A DNA stretch of 64,000 nt from an uncultured delta proteobacterium (GCA_963745035.1 CAVUVW010000014.1:320001-384000), one strand, 5' to 3'; counted from the stretch's first letter, positions 49,686-60,096 are shown. The notes: generated from the letters alone by a model not told the origin. Made by a program: numbers and translations.

Positions 49686-50614
49686 TGATGACAAGTCTGA
49701 CACCGCTTAGCGCTGGCTTCGCGACCATCGGACAAGGCGCGGGACCGATGATGGTGACTTGGAAGGCCGGCATCTTCGAACGTCACGGACTCGCCATCGA
49801 CCGCCCGCGCATCATGGGCGGCGCCAGAGGCGTGGTGCGCGGCCTGATGGCCGGAGAAATCCAGTTCGGCAACCTGGCGGCGCCCGCGCCGCTTCGAGCC
49901 AACCTCAAGGGCGGAGCGGACGTGGTCTTTTTAACCGGTGGCATCAATCAGCAATTCGTCATCGGCCGTCCCGGCATCCGCCGCCGTGAAGAGCTGGCGG
50001 GAAGGAAAATCGGCACGGTCGGTGACGGCGGCATCGGTGATGTGCTGGTGAAGTTCATCGTCGCAAAATTGGCCGCGGCAGGCATTACGGGCCTGCGCGA
50101 AGAACCGCTAGCGCATGGCGCGGCGGCGGAGCTCGAAGCGCTTCTCAGCGGCAAAGTCGATGCGGTCGTCGGCACGCCGCCCGAGTGCATCGACACGATC
50201 CGCCACGGCTGCCACTATCTGATCGACTTCGCCGAGTACGGCTTCAACTACGCCCTCGGCGGCATCGCCGCGCGGCGCGCCTACGTCGAAAAGCATCCCG
50301 AGATCACGCGCAAGTTCGTCAAAGCCTACGTCGAAGGCATGCACCGCTACCGCACCGATCGCGAATTTACCATCGACGTCCAGGCCGACTACAGCGGCAT
50401 CGCCGATCGCACCATCGCTGCGGAAACCTACGATCTCACCCGGCCCGGCATGCCGCGCGCGCCCTACCCGGTCGCGGCCGCGTTGCAAACCCTGCTCGAT
50501 TTTATGGCCGGCGAGTTGCCGGATGCGAAGGGCGCCGACGCGCGCAAGTTTATCGACGATCGCTTCGTGCGCGAGCTCGAAGACGACGGCTTTATCGACT
50601 CGTTGGAAAAATAG
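49686..50614 (+). CDS. NMT1/SsuA-type ABC substrate-binding protein
   Basis: G.FE.HGL, L.G.KIG, L.SG.VDA, F.D..FV.EL…GF pattern; no clear signal peptide. Confidence 0.75.
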
Positions 50615-50628
50615 CGGCGTTTGCGCCC

Positions 50629-51645
50629 ATGGCGGAACAAATCATTCGACTGCGCTTTTGGCTTGCCGTCCTGTTCTTTGCCGCGATTCCGCTCTTTCCC
50701 ACCGGCGCCGCGAGCACCGACGGCTTGCTCGATGCCGCCAAGCGCGAAGGCGAGCTGGTTTATTATGCGTCGATGAATCTGGGCGAAGCCAATAGCGTGA
50801 TCGGCGCCTTCGAAAAACGCTACCCCTTCGTCAAAGTCAGGCTCAACCGCATCGGCAGCGAGAAGCTCTTGACCCGGGTTCTGACGGAAGCGCGCGCGAA
50901 AAAATTCTTTGCCGACGTGATTCAAACCGTCGAGTTCAGCATGCATGTCTTCCAGCGCAGCGCCATCCTGGCGCGCTACACGACGCAAGCGGATGCGCTT
51001 TACCCGAAAGAATTCAAAGCAGAGGGGTTTTGGACGACGGCTTACTACAACGCCTACGTGACCGGCTATAATTCCCGCCTGGTGCCGGCGCGCGCCCTGC
51101 CGAAATCCTATGACGATCTGCTCGATCGCCAATGGAAAGGCGCATTGATGATGGAAGGCACCAAGGCGGATTGGTTCGCCGGCATGCTGCAGATCATGGG
51201 CCAGGAGCGCGGGCTCCAATACATGCGCGCGCTCGCCAAGCAGCAGCCGAGCCCGCGCGAGGGCCACGAGCTGCTCGCCCAACTCGTCGCCGCCGGCGAG
51301 GGTCTTTTCGACATCAATATTCCCGTCGCATCGGTGGAGCGCATGAAGGAGCGCGGCGCCCCCATCGACTGGACGGCGCTCGGCCCGGTGCCGGCGATCA
51401 TGGTCGGCATTGGGCTCGCGGGTCACGCCCCGCATCCGAACGCGGCGAAGTTATTTTTGGAATTTGTCCTGTCGCGCGAAGGGCAAAAACTGATGCAGAC
51501 GCCGGGACGGCATGTCGCCCGCCGCGATCTTCCTAACGATCACAGCGCGCGGCTTAAAGAGCTCCAGATCGTTCCGGTCAACCCGGCGCTGGCGGAGAAA
51601 CTTGACGAATACGCCAAGCAACTGCGAACGATCTTTGGCAGTTGA
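50629..51645 (+). CDS. Extracellular solute-binding protein (Fe3+/thiamine-like class)
   Basis: Signal peptide, AKREGELVYY, FEKRYP, PKSYDDLL..WKG, APHPNAAKLF. Confidence 0.8.
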   Translation: MAEQIIRLRFWLAVLFFAAIPLFPTGAASTDGLLDAAKREGELVYYASMNLGEANSVIGAFEKRYPFVKVRLNRIGSEKLLTRVLTEARAKKFFADVIQTVEFSMHVFQRSAILARYTTQADALYPKEFKAEGFWTTAYYNAYVTGYNSRLVPARALPKSYDDLLDRQWKGALMMEGTKADWFAGMLQIMGQERGLQYMRALAKQQPSPREGHELLAQLVAAGEGLFDINIPVASVERMKERGAPIDWTALGPVPAIMVGIGLAGHAPHPNAAKLFLEFVLSREGQKLMQTPGRHVARRDLPNDHSARLKELQIVPVNPALAEKLDEYAKQLRTIFGS

Positions 51646-51706
51646 CTTGACTCCAACACGAGAGCCGAGACCCAAAACTCCAAACATACAGCCTAAGGAG
51701 GCCGCC

Positions 51707-52480
51707 ATGCGCTTCATGTTTTTGAATCATTCATATAAACGCCATTCGGCCGAGCTTGAAGCGCATATCCTCAAGCTGCTTAAAAGCTACGCCGCGCCGG
51801 ACAGCACTTTCGAGATCGCTTATCCCGAAGATCTCGGCGGCGGCGCGGTCTTGAGCTTGCTCGAAGAGCGCAAGGCGTTGTCCGGCCTGCATCATATTCT
51901 GGAAACTCCCGCGCTGGTCAAAAAAGCCATCGAAGCGGAGCGCAGCGGATTTGACGCGGTCATCCAGAGCAACACTTTCGACCCCGGGGTCGAAGCCAGC
52001 CGGCTGGCCGTGCGCATTCCGGTGATCGGCCTGCTGCGCGCTTCCCTCCACTTTACCGCGAGCATCTGCGATAAATTCGGCCTCATCGTGCCGCTCGAAA
52101 CGCACATGCCCCACACCATGCGCATGGTGCAGACCTACGGCATGGCGAATTTTGTTTTGGGCATACGCACCGTCGGCCTTTACGACACCGGAGATTTATC
52201 CGGCTATCATGACGTCGTCGTCGAGCGCACCCTCAAAGTCGGCAAGGAACTGGTCGAACAAGGAGCCGAGGCGATCATTCCTCTCGGCGGAAAAATTTAT
52301 CCTTACGTCGTTAAGCCTGAAGAGCTGGCGCCGCATCTCGGCGTGCCGGTGATCAACACCAAGGCGGTGGGCGTGAGCTATGCCGAGCTTATGGCGCGCA
52401 ACAAGATCCAGCACAGCATCAAAGCGTATCCCTGCCCCACTGGGCTCGATCCCGACGCGGTGTCCGAACGCGCACGCTGA
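51707..52480 (+). CDS. Asp/Glu/hydantoin racemase-family protein lacking the canonical catalytic Cys
   Basis: AE..GFDAVI…DPG…R..V.IPVIG and GAEAII; AAGGAGG RBS. Confidence 0.75.
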   Translation: MRFMFLNHSYKRHSAELEAHILKLLKSYAAPDSTFEIAYPEDLGGGAVLSLLEERKALSGLHHILETPALVKKAIEAERSGFDAVIQSNTFDPGVEASRLAVRIPVIGLLRASLHFTASICDKFGLIVPLETHMPHTMRMVQTYGMANFVLGIRTVGLYDTGDLSGYHDVVVERTLKVGKELVEQGAEAIIPLGGKIYPYVVKPEELAPHLGVPVINTKAVGVSYAELMARNKIQHSIKAYPCPTGLDPDAVSERAR

Positions 52481-52590
52481 GCGGCTGCCGCTCCGGTTGA
52501 AAAACCCCACGAAAGCCGAAATGGTGGAGGACAAGCCCAGCGGTTTTTGTCACGCTCGGCAGAAGCCTATTTTGCAAGGGAAGGTGCGGC

Positions 52591-53685
52591 ATGATCATCG
52601 ACGGTGACGGTCATTTTTTCGAAACGGAAGAAATCTTCGACAAGCACATGGAACCGGCGCTCAGAAACTATCGTCCGAGACTGCTCTCGGACGACCAGGG
52701 CCATAATTTCTGGGTGGTCGATGGTCAGACGCCGTACAAAAGACCATCGATCAAAGGCGCGGGCGCGCCGGGAACCGCCGCACCTCCGGGAAACGCGCTG
52801 CAATCGGCGCGGCGGGCCACGCCGGGAAGCCAGACGCTCACCAATCTCAAAGAGCGGCTCGATGATCTCGACCGCGAAGGCATCGACGTTCAGTTTATCT
52901 ATCCAAGTTTTCTCCTGCACGTGAACGCCTGGCCGGACGGCGTCTTGGCGATGGGCGTTTGCCGCGCCTACAACACCTGGCTCGCCGCAGCCTGCAAGCA
53001 GGCGCCCGATCGTCTGAAAGCCGTCGGCGTGGTATCGCTGCAGGATGCCCAGGGTGCCGCCAAAGAGCTTTCTCGCCTGCACGATATGGGTGTGCCCGCG
53101 GTTATGATCAACGGCACGGCGGGCGCCAAACGGCTCGACCATCCGGACCACGAAGTATTTTTCGCCGAAGCCGATCGTTTGAAAATGCCGATCGCCGTGC
53201 ACTTCAGCCTGCAGTTCCCGGTGGTCGACAAACTCTTCGAGCACCACTTTCCCAACCGAGTGCTGGCGGGCATCTTGCCGATCATGGCCGGCCTAACGAG
53301 CGTTCTCTGTTCCGGATTGCTCGATCGTTATCGGAATCTGAAATTCGCCTTTCTCGAAGGCGGCATCAGTTGGGTGCCGGCGCACGTCGAGCGCATGGAC
53401 GATCATTTCGAGAACCCTCGCTATGGCGCGCGCGATCTGCTGAGACATCCGCCCAGCGATTATTTGAAATCGGGCCGGATTTTTTTCGGCTGCGAAGGCA
53501 ACGAGTCGTTTCTCGGGCGGGTGGTAGAGGAGGTCGGCGAAGATCTGTTCATATTTTCCTCCGACTACCCGCACGCCGACCGCACGGAAGGTACCGCCAA
53601 GCTCCTGCGCGAGCGCGACGACATCGCCGCTCCGGTGCGAAAAAAGCTGCTGGAGGAAAACGCTCGCCGTTTTTATGATATCTAA
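52591..53685 (+). CDS. Amidohydrolase_2 family metallohydrolase
   Basis: IDGDGH, D.EGID…YPS, AFLEGG, SSDYPH, NARRFY. Confidence 0.85.
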   Translation: MIIDGDGHFFETEEIFDKHMEPALRNYRPRLLSDDQGHNFWVVDGQTPYKRPSIKGAGAPGTAAPPGNALQSARRATPGSQTLTNLKERLDDLDREGIDVQFIYPSFLLHVNAWPDGVLAMGVCRAYNTWLAAACKQAPDRLKAVGVVSLQDAQGAAKELSRLHDMGVPAVMINGTAGAKRLDHPDHEVFFAEADRLKMPIAVHFSLQFPVVDKLFEHHFPNRVLAGILPIMAGLTSVLCSGLLDRYRNLKFAFLEGGISWVPAHVERMDDHFENPRYGARDLLRHPPSDYLKSGRIFFGCEGNESFLGRVVEEVGEDLFIFSSDYPHADRTEGTAKLLRERDDIAAPVRKKLLEENARRFYDI

Positions 53686-53860
53686 GGAAAACGAGGTAGA
53701 CTGAGAGACCAATTCCAACCGGGACCGCGACCGCCGTGTCGCGCGGTTCCTTGCATCTTTGCCAGTGGCGCCGCACGTCCGAAAACGCTTGCTTGATTTA
53801 GGCCCATCACTTGGTACACTTTTTTCAACGAGGCTTCGCTGCGGCGAAGGAGGTGTGGAG

Positions 53861-54043
53861 ATGGACCTGCCGAAATGCCAAAAGTGCAACAATGGGCTAT
53901 TGATTCCACTATCCGATTACGGCCAGGAAGGCGCATCGGTACAGTATAAAGCCTGGGCCTGTACCAATCCGGATTGCGGCTTTTCAATCCGCATCGACAA
54001 GGGCGAGGTAAGCTACGGCAAGAGAATCGAGCCGAAGCACTGA
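53861..54043 (+). CDS. Small zinc-ribbon protein
   Basis: CQKC…CTNPDC; GGAGG/GGAG RBS. Confidence 0.75.
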   Translation: MDLPKCQKCNNGLLIPLSDYGQEGASVQYKAWACTNPDCGFSIRIDKGEVSYGKRIEPKH

Positions 54044-54123
54044 AGCGTCGTTGAGCATTTCATAGACATCGGCTGCTCGACCCCATCACTCCAATACTCC
54101 ACTGCTCCATTATTCCAATCTTC

Positions 54124-54780
54124 TCACGCCGGCATGCTCCGGTTGAAACTCTGAATCGCTCTGCCGAAGAGTTCGCACCCCTGCTTCAAGGCAGCCAGGC
54201 ATTTTTGCTGCATCGCGCCGTCGGTAACGTAACGGCGCAAGATCTCGGGCGCAATCCACTCGTGTCCTTCCTCATCGGCGAGCAACGTGTCGCGATAGAT
54301 GGCAGCGGTTTTCGGGTCGATGGCTGACACTCGTTCGATAAACGACTTCGACGTTCGTGGAAAGAATTCTTCGTGGCCGAACTGCACGCTGGCGATAAGC
54401 TCGCAAAGCGAACCGAGCTGCGCGTGAAACTCCCACAGCTCCTTGAGCTCGGGCAGAGGATGGTTCCACAGCGCGTCGGGATCGCCGTTCAACTCGCTGA
54501 TTCTTTTGCGTAAGATCGCAGCGTGCTTGAGCTCGTTGACAACGTATTCCGACATCGGCTGCTGCAGATCGAGATCGGGGATTTTCCCGACCCACGGCGC
54601 GGTCACTTCGGCGGCCTTGCGCTCCATCACGACGCCGAACTGGAGACGGCGCAGGACCACGGCCGGCGCCAGCGGTTTTTCCGCGCCGTAGCTCTTCCGC
54701 TCGGCATTCATTTTTTCCCAAAACTCTTCTCTCGCCGCGACCAATTGCTGGAGAAACTTTTCAGGATCTAAGGCTTCCAT
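54124..54780 (-). CDS. Ferritin-like diiron protein
   Basis: E…NELKH and E…DEEGH motif pair; GGAGG RBS. Confidence 0.7.
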   Translation of the reverse strand: MEALDPEKFLQQLVAAREEFWEKMNAERKSYGAEKPLAPAVVLRRLQFGVVMERKAAEVTAPWVGKIPDLDLQQPMSEYVVNELKHAAILRKRISELNGDPDALWNHPLPELKELWEFHAQLGSLCELIASVQFGHEEFFPRTSKSFIERVSAIDPKTAAIYRDTLLADEEGHEWIAPEILRRYVTDGAMQQKCLAALKQGCELFGRAIQSFNRSMPA

Positions 54781-54912
54781 GATTTCCTCCGCAGGATCGA
54801 CATCCCGTTTGACACACAGAATATTTAAGGTATTAACAATACAGGAAATTTACTGCGAGTAAAGGCAACTTTCTCGGCCTTAATCGCAAGTATTCACAAC
54901 TTGAAATCTGCT

Positions 54913-55656
54913 ATGGAACCCGCCGAAGCGAAAGCGTTCGTCGACAATCTCTACAAAGACGTTTACGCGCATTGGGATAAAAAGATCAACCGCGGCGCTT
55001 TCATGACGCAGTTGCGCAACGGCACCCTGCCCCTGCCGTGCCTGCGCCGTTTTTTTAAAGACTGGGGGCTTTTTTCCATCGAGGTCGTCGCCCTAAACGC
55101 CGTTTCCTACTACGTCCATCTACCGTTTTTTGTCGAGAACTACGATCTGCTGCCCGCGTTTTCCGATAAGATCGCCGAGGAACTCATCGCGCCCAAGCCG
55201 CCGGGTCACATTTTGATTCTGCTCGAAACCGCCAACGCGCTCGGCTTGTCGAAAAAAGAACTCTTCGAGCAGCCCGCGTCCGCTCCCGGCCGCGCGATCA
55301 GCGATTACTGCCGGCGCGTTTTTCAGGACGGCTCGATCATCGAGCTCTGGGGCGCGCACGCCTACGAAGAAACTCTCGCGCATTGGTCGAAACAATGGGG
55401 CACCGCGCTGGTCAGCCACTATGGCATGAGCAAGCGCCAGTCGATTTATTTCACCGAACACGCCGAAGCCGACCTCGTGCAGCACGAGGAGCGCATGGGA
55501 CACGGCCCGATGAATCGCATGATCCTCCAGCGCATCGTCGAACAAGGAAAGACTTCGAAAAAGCTCGGTTACGACCCCAAATACTGCGCCTTCACCATGG
55601 TGGATCTGCACGCGCTGATGGAACAACACGCGCTGGAGAATCCTTATCAGGCGTAG
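54913..55656 (+). CDS. PqqC/TenA/CADD-like (heme-oxygenase-like) iron redox enzyme
   Basis: EE…GH, YEE, YFTEHAEAD..H ligand pattern. Confidence 0.7.
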   Translation: MEPAEAKAFVDNLYKDVYAHWDKKINRGAFMTQLRNGTLPLPCLRRFFKDWGLFSIEVVALNAVSYYVHLPFFVENYDLLPAFSDKIAEELIAPKPPGHILILLETANALGLSKKELFEQPASAPGRAISDYCRRVFQDGSIIELWGAHAYEETLAHWSKQWGTALVSHYGMSKRQSIYFTEHAEADLVQHEERMGHGPMNRMILQRIVEQGKTSKKLGYDPKYCAFTMVDLHALMEQHALENPYQA

Positions 55657-55737
55657 ACTGTTGTGGCAACGCAGTCCAGCAAGCTGCAAATCTGCACGAC
55701 ACCATTCACCACGAAGTGATTTATGAGCTTACGTACG

Positions 55738-56786
55738 CTAGCCCGGCGCAAGCTTCTCATCGGTCAACGAACGGTTTACGCCTTGATTGGCGACGAAGAA
55801 CTCGATCACCCGTCCGGCAGCCATTCGAGGCGGCCCGGGAATTTGCCGGTGACAAAACCCACGTGCCCGCCGGCATGTGGAAAATCCAAAGTCACGGCCT
55901 CGGACACTTCGTCATTTTGCGGCAGCGCGCTCTCCGGCAAGAAGGGATCGTTGCGCGCGTTGATCAAGAGAGTCGGCACGCGGATCGATTTCAACCACCG
56001 TTTGCTGCTCGTGCTCGTCCAATATTCATCGGCGTCTTTAAAACCATGAAAGGGCGCCGTGTAAAGATCGTCGATGGCGCGAAAGGTCTTGCACGCGCGC
56101 ACGGCGCGCGCTTCGATCGACAGACCGTGCGCGGCTATCTTGTCCAGCACTTTCGGCCGCATCGACTGCAGAAAGTGTCGCGTGTAGAGGAGTTTTCCCA
56201 CTCCGAAGTCGAGCTGCTGCGCCGCGGCTTGCAAGTCGAGCGGCGTCGATACGGCGACCGCCCGGGCAACGATTTCTCGCGCCGCTTCGGTCTTTTCGCC
56301 CAGCCACTTGAGCAGCATATTCGCGCCGAGCGAGATCGCGACGACGTGGATCGCGCGCGCGGGCTCCCGGCTTTTCAGGCGGCGCAGGATCCAATCGATC
56401 TCCTCGGAATCGCCGGCGTGATACGAGCGCGGCAAGCAGTTGGCCTCGGCGCCGCAGCCGCGGAAGTGCGGCACGACTCCCGGCCAACCGCGCCGCGCCA
56501 GCGCGTCCATTAGACTGATCGCGTAGTGGCTCCGCGAGCAGCCTTCCAAGCCGTGAAAGAGCACCACTAGTTTGGCCGGGTTTGCCGGCGCATCGAGCCA
56601 GTCGAGATCGATAAAGTCTTCGTCCGGAGTGCGCCAGCGCTCGCGCCGATAAGGCACCGCAAGATGCCTGGACAAAAACCTCGCGTAGATCGTCTGCAAA
56701 TGGCCGCCCGGCAGCCACCAGGGCGCAACATACTCGCCGGTGTTATTGTCCTCCTTGGCAAACTTTGCGTCTTTGCGCGAGATCAT
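55738..56786 (-). CDS. YheT-family alpha/beta hydrolase (frameshift near the 3' end)
   Basis: GGHLQT, D.DFIDLDW, HGLEG, SLGAN, NDPF, GGHVGF. Confidence 0.88.
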
Positions 56787-56806
56787 TCGTAGTCCAGTAG
56801 TGGGGA

Positions 56807-56957
56807 AAAAATCCGAAATCCGAAACAAGCCTCCAATTCTGAAAATTCTAAAACTCGGATACAGAGACAGCCTTGGTTTCAGCCTTATGTTTTCTGCTCA
56901 TTTGAATTTGTTGCATCCCGATTTGAAATTGTTTCGGATTTCGTGCTTCGAATTTGT
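56807..56957. repeat. Inverted heptamer-repeat element (AAATCCG units)
   Basis: aaatccgaaatccgaaacaa … ttgtttcggatttcgtgcttcgaattt. Confidence 0.65.
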
Positions 56958-56966
56958 CTCTATTAT

Positions 56967-58529
56967 CTATTTCCGTAACTTCTCCGGCGGCGCAAAGCCG
57001 TGGCGCAGGGTGTTTTCCGAGATCGTTCGCGGTTCGAGAAACTGCAACAGATAATCGGGGCCGCCCGCCTTGGAGCCGATGCCCGAGAGCTTGAGCCCGC
57101 CGAAGGGCTGGCGCTCGACCACCGCGCCGGTGATACCGCGGTTGATATACAAATTGCCGACGCGAAATTCCTTGCGCGCCTGCTCGATATGCGCCGGTGA
57201 GCGCGAGAACACTCCGCCGGTGAGCGCGAAAGCGGAGCGATTGGCGATGTGCAGAGCCTGCGCGAAATCGCGCGCCTTGATCACGGCGAGAACCGGACCG
57301 AAGATTTCTTCCTGGGCGATGCGGCTGGCAGGATCGACTTCGCTGAAGATCGCCGGACCGACGAAGTAACCTTCCTTCGGCGCCGCCATCTCCAGAACGC
57401 ATTTCGCTTCTTTTTTGCCGAGAGCGATGTAGCGGCCGATGCGCTCCTGAGCTTCGCCTTCGATCACCGGCCCGACGGCATGGCGCGGATCTTCCGGCGG
57501 GCCGATTTTCAGGCTCCGCGCCGCCTCGGTCAACCGGGATAGAAACCGGTCGTGCACTTCGCGCACGAGGATCAGCCGCGAGGCCGCCGAGCACTTTTGC
57601 CCCTGGTAGCCGAAGGCCGAGTCGATGACGTGGTGCACCGCCTCGTCGAGGTCGGCGTCGCCATCGATGATCACCGCGTTCTTGCCGCCCATCTCGCATA
57701 CGACCCGCTTCACGTGCGCTTGTCCGGCGCGCTGCGTGTAGGCCTCGCGCAAAATCTCCAAGCCCACTTCGCGCGAACCGGTGAACGCGATCAAATGAAT
57801 CTTCGGCGACCGAACCAGATAAGCGCCGATCTCGCCGCCGCCTTGAAGGAGCTGGCAAGCGTCGGCCGGCAATCCGGCAGAGCGTAAAATATCCATGAGA
57901 TGCACCGCCATGATCGGCGACTGCTCGGCCGGCTTGACCAGCGCACAGTTGCCCGTCGCGAGCCCCGCCGCGGTCATACCGGTGAGGATTGCCAGCGGGA
58001 AATTCCACGGAGCGATGATCGCGGCGATGCCGCGGGGCTCGTAAAAATAGACGTTGGTTTCACCGGGGAGTTGTTGCGTATCCCGCGGCGCGGCAATGCG
58101 GAGCATCTCCCTCGCGTAATAATTCAGATAATCAATGGCCTCGATGATATCGGCGTCGGCCTCGCGCCATCCTTTGCCGACTTCGAAAACCTCCCAAGCC
58201 GCGAGCTCCCAGCGCCTTTCTCGCATGATGGCAGCGGCCCTAGTTAAAATCTTGGCGCGCTCTTGGGCGGGAGTACCGCGCCATTCGGGAAAGAAGCGTG
58301 CAGTCCGTTCCACCGCTTCCTGTGCCTGATCGACACTGGCAATGCGGACGCGTCCGACGATCTCTTTTGGATTGGCGGGATTAACCGAGTCGAGCCATTG
58401 GCCCGCGGTTCGCCTGGGGACGCGCTCTTTGAATTGACCGCGCACCTTCTCGAGGGTTTGCGCAAAGCGCTCCCGATTGTCGCGCCGGGAAAAGTCGATC
58501 GGTGGCTCGTTGCGAAAAGCCTCAGCCAT
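56967..58529 (-). CDS. putA: P5C/glutamate-semialdehyde dehydrogenase (C-terminal half of PutA)
   Basis: FRNEP, PWNFP, KPAEQ, FTGS, EMGGKN, GQKCSA, EEIFGP. Confidence 0.92.
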   Translation of the reverse strand: MAEAFRNEPPIDFSRRDNRERFAQTLEKVRGQFKERVPRRTAGQWLDSVNPANPKEIVGRVRIASVDQAQEAVERTARFFPEWRGTPAQERAKILTRAAAIMRERRWELAAWEVFEVGKGWREADADIIEAIDYLNYYAREMLRIAAPRDTQQLPGETNVYFYEPRGIAAIIAPWNFPLAILTGMTAAGLATGNCALVKPAEQSPIMAVHLMDILRSAGLPADACQLLQGGGEIGAYLVRSPKIHLIAFTGSREVGLEILREAYTQRAGQAHVKRVVCEMGGKNAVIIDGDADLDEAVHHVIDSAFGYQGQKCSAASRLILVREVHDRFLSRLTEAARSLKIGPPEDPRHAVGPVIEGEAQERIGRYIALGKKEAKCVLEMAAPKEGYFVGPAIFSEVDPASRIAQEEIFGPVLAVIKARDFAQALHIANRSAFALTGGVFSRSPAHIEQARKEFRVGNLYINRGITGAVVERQPFGGLKLSGIGSKAGGPDYLLQFLEPRTISENTLRHGFAPPEKLRK

Positions 58530-59910
58530 GGTTTTGCTCGTTGGACAATAGAGCGTTTGCTTTGCTCGCCGGAATCGGCGGTTTGATCAAGCTCGCGATG
58601 TCCCGTCGATCGGCGTAGGTCTGGCGCAGGAAAGAAGTATTGGAAGTATTCTCCATCAGCCGGCGGATAAGATAGGACATGCCGGGCAGCAAGTCGCCGA
58701 CCGGCAGATAGACGCGCACGCGCTCGCCATGCCGGATGATCGCCTGGCGCACCGGCTCGGCCATGCCGTAAAGCATCTGGATCTCGTAGCCGCCGCGCGG
58801 CACGCCGATCATCTTCGCGACGACGATGGCGTGCGCCAAGCTCCGCAGATTGTGGCTGCCAAACGCCGCGTCGATCACGTCGTGATTCTCCAGAAGTAGC
58901 CGGCTCAGCCGCTCGTAGCTCGCGTCGGTCTCGGCTTTCTCGAGGTAGACCGGAATCGGCCAGCTTTTCTGTTTGGCCCAGGCGATCTCGCTGTCCCAGT
59001 ACGCTCCTTTCACCAGGCGCACGCCGATCCTGCGTTTATGCCGGCGCGCCCAGCGGATCAACTCGCGAACGTCCTGCTCGGCATCGCGCAGGTAGGCTTG
59101 CAACGCGATCGCCGCGCGCGGCTCCCGGCAGAACTCTTCTTCCTCCAGCACCGCGCGAAAGATCTCCAACGTCAACTCTTTGAACGCATACTGCTCCATG
59201 TCGACGGTAATCGCCGCGCCCAGACGGCTTGCCTCGCGAAACAGCTCGCGCAGCCTTTGGCCGACGGCAACCTCGGTGTTGGGGTCGAGCGGATCGAAGC
59301 GCGCGCACAACGCGGAGAGCTTGACCGACAGATTGACCCGCGGAATCTTTCCCGCCGGTGCGTCGTCGATCTGCGCGCATGTCTGCCAACTCTCGCTCGC
59401 CGTCGCCAATCGGCGTAGCAGATCGAGATAGCGCTGCTGCATGGCCTGCGCTTCGAAATCGCTGACCGTCGCCTCGCCGACGACGTCGAGCGTAAACGCC
59501 GCCGGCTCCTTGCGCAGGCTTTCCAGGACCGCGAACAAATGGCCGCTGCTCTCCTCGGCGATAAAGCGGCGCGCTAGGGTAACGACGTTGCGCCGCACCA
59601 CGGGCGCGACCAGCGTGCCCGCATGAAGCGCCTGGGCGAGAACGGCTAACCCGCCGAGCGCATGATCGACGCGCGAGAAATATTCTTCAAGATGGCGGCC
59701 GATCTCGCTGGACGATTCCAAGCTCGGCAAAACGTCGACGAAGCGAAACAAAGCGACGCGCAAAGACTCGTCTGCGAGCGACCAGTCGATCATCCGGCCG
59801 AGCAGATCCTTGGCTTCGAAAAGCGACGGCTTGTGCTCGGCCGCTTTATGGTAAAGCGCGCGCGCCAGCGATTGCACGGCGTGCTCGACGGTGTCCGGTC
59901 GCGTGGTCAT
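58522..59910 (-). CDS. putA: Proline dehydrogenase (N-terminal half of PutA)
   Basis: FRFVDVLP, SVKLS, DME, QAYL, RLVKGAYW, SHN, YL.RRL.EN. Confidence 0.92.
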   Translation of the reverse strand: MTTRPDTVEHAVQSLARALYHKAAEHKPSLFEAKDLLGRMIDWSLADESLRVALFRFVDVLPSLESSSEIGRHLEEYFSRVDHALGGLAVLAQALHAGTLVAPVVRRNVVTLARRFIAEESSGHLFAVLESLRKEPAAFTLDVVGEATVSDFEAQAMQQRYLDLLRRLATASESWQTCAQIDDAPAGKIPRVNLSVKLSALCARFDPLDPNTEVAVGQRLRELFREASRLGAAITVDMEQYAFKELTLEIFRAVLEEEEFCREPRAAIALQAYLRDAEQDVRELIRWARRHKRRIGVRLVKGAYWDSEIAWAKQKSWPIPVYLEKAETDASYERLSRLLLENHDVIDAAFGSHNLRSLAHAIVVAKMIGVPRGGYEIQMLYGMAEPVRQAIIRHGERVRVYLPVGDLLPGMSYLIRRLMENTSNTSFLRQTYADRRDIASLIKPPIPASKANALLSNEQNHG

Positions 59911-60053
59911 GGAGTTGGAAAAATGATTGGTAACACGACAGCGATCGCGATAGATTCTCCGTCTGATCGCCGCTGTTTGTGTTCGTATAGAACATCATAA
60001 TACGATCGCCGCCGACGGTGAAAGACCGTGATTTTTCATCGAACAGCTCGTTT

Positions 60054-60096
60054 CTTTCTCCCTCGCCACGAAGTAGGAGAGGGTGAGGTGAGGGCA
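60054..60096. repeat. REP-like element of the CCCTCACC…CTCTCC type
   Basis: tctccctcgccacgaagtaggagagggtgaggtgaggg between divergent genes. Confidence 0.5.

Noticed and set aside
54913-55656. PqqC of a PQQ biosynthesis cluster
   Set aside because: No pqqA/B/D/E nearby; only fold-level similarity
55806-55808. TGA at the end of the YheT ORF as a second selenocysteine
   Set aside because: The plausible C-terminus continues in another frame (RVIEFF…), indicating an indel, and there is no Cys-motif context
56967-59910. Naturally split PutA (separate PRODH and P5CDH genes)
   Set aside because: The halves overlap at the normal linker (…FRNEP), total about 980 aa, and the second has no clear RBS; one indel would fuse them, as elsewhere in the window
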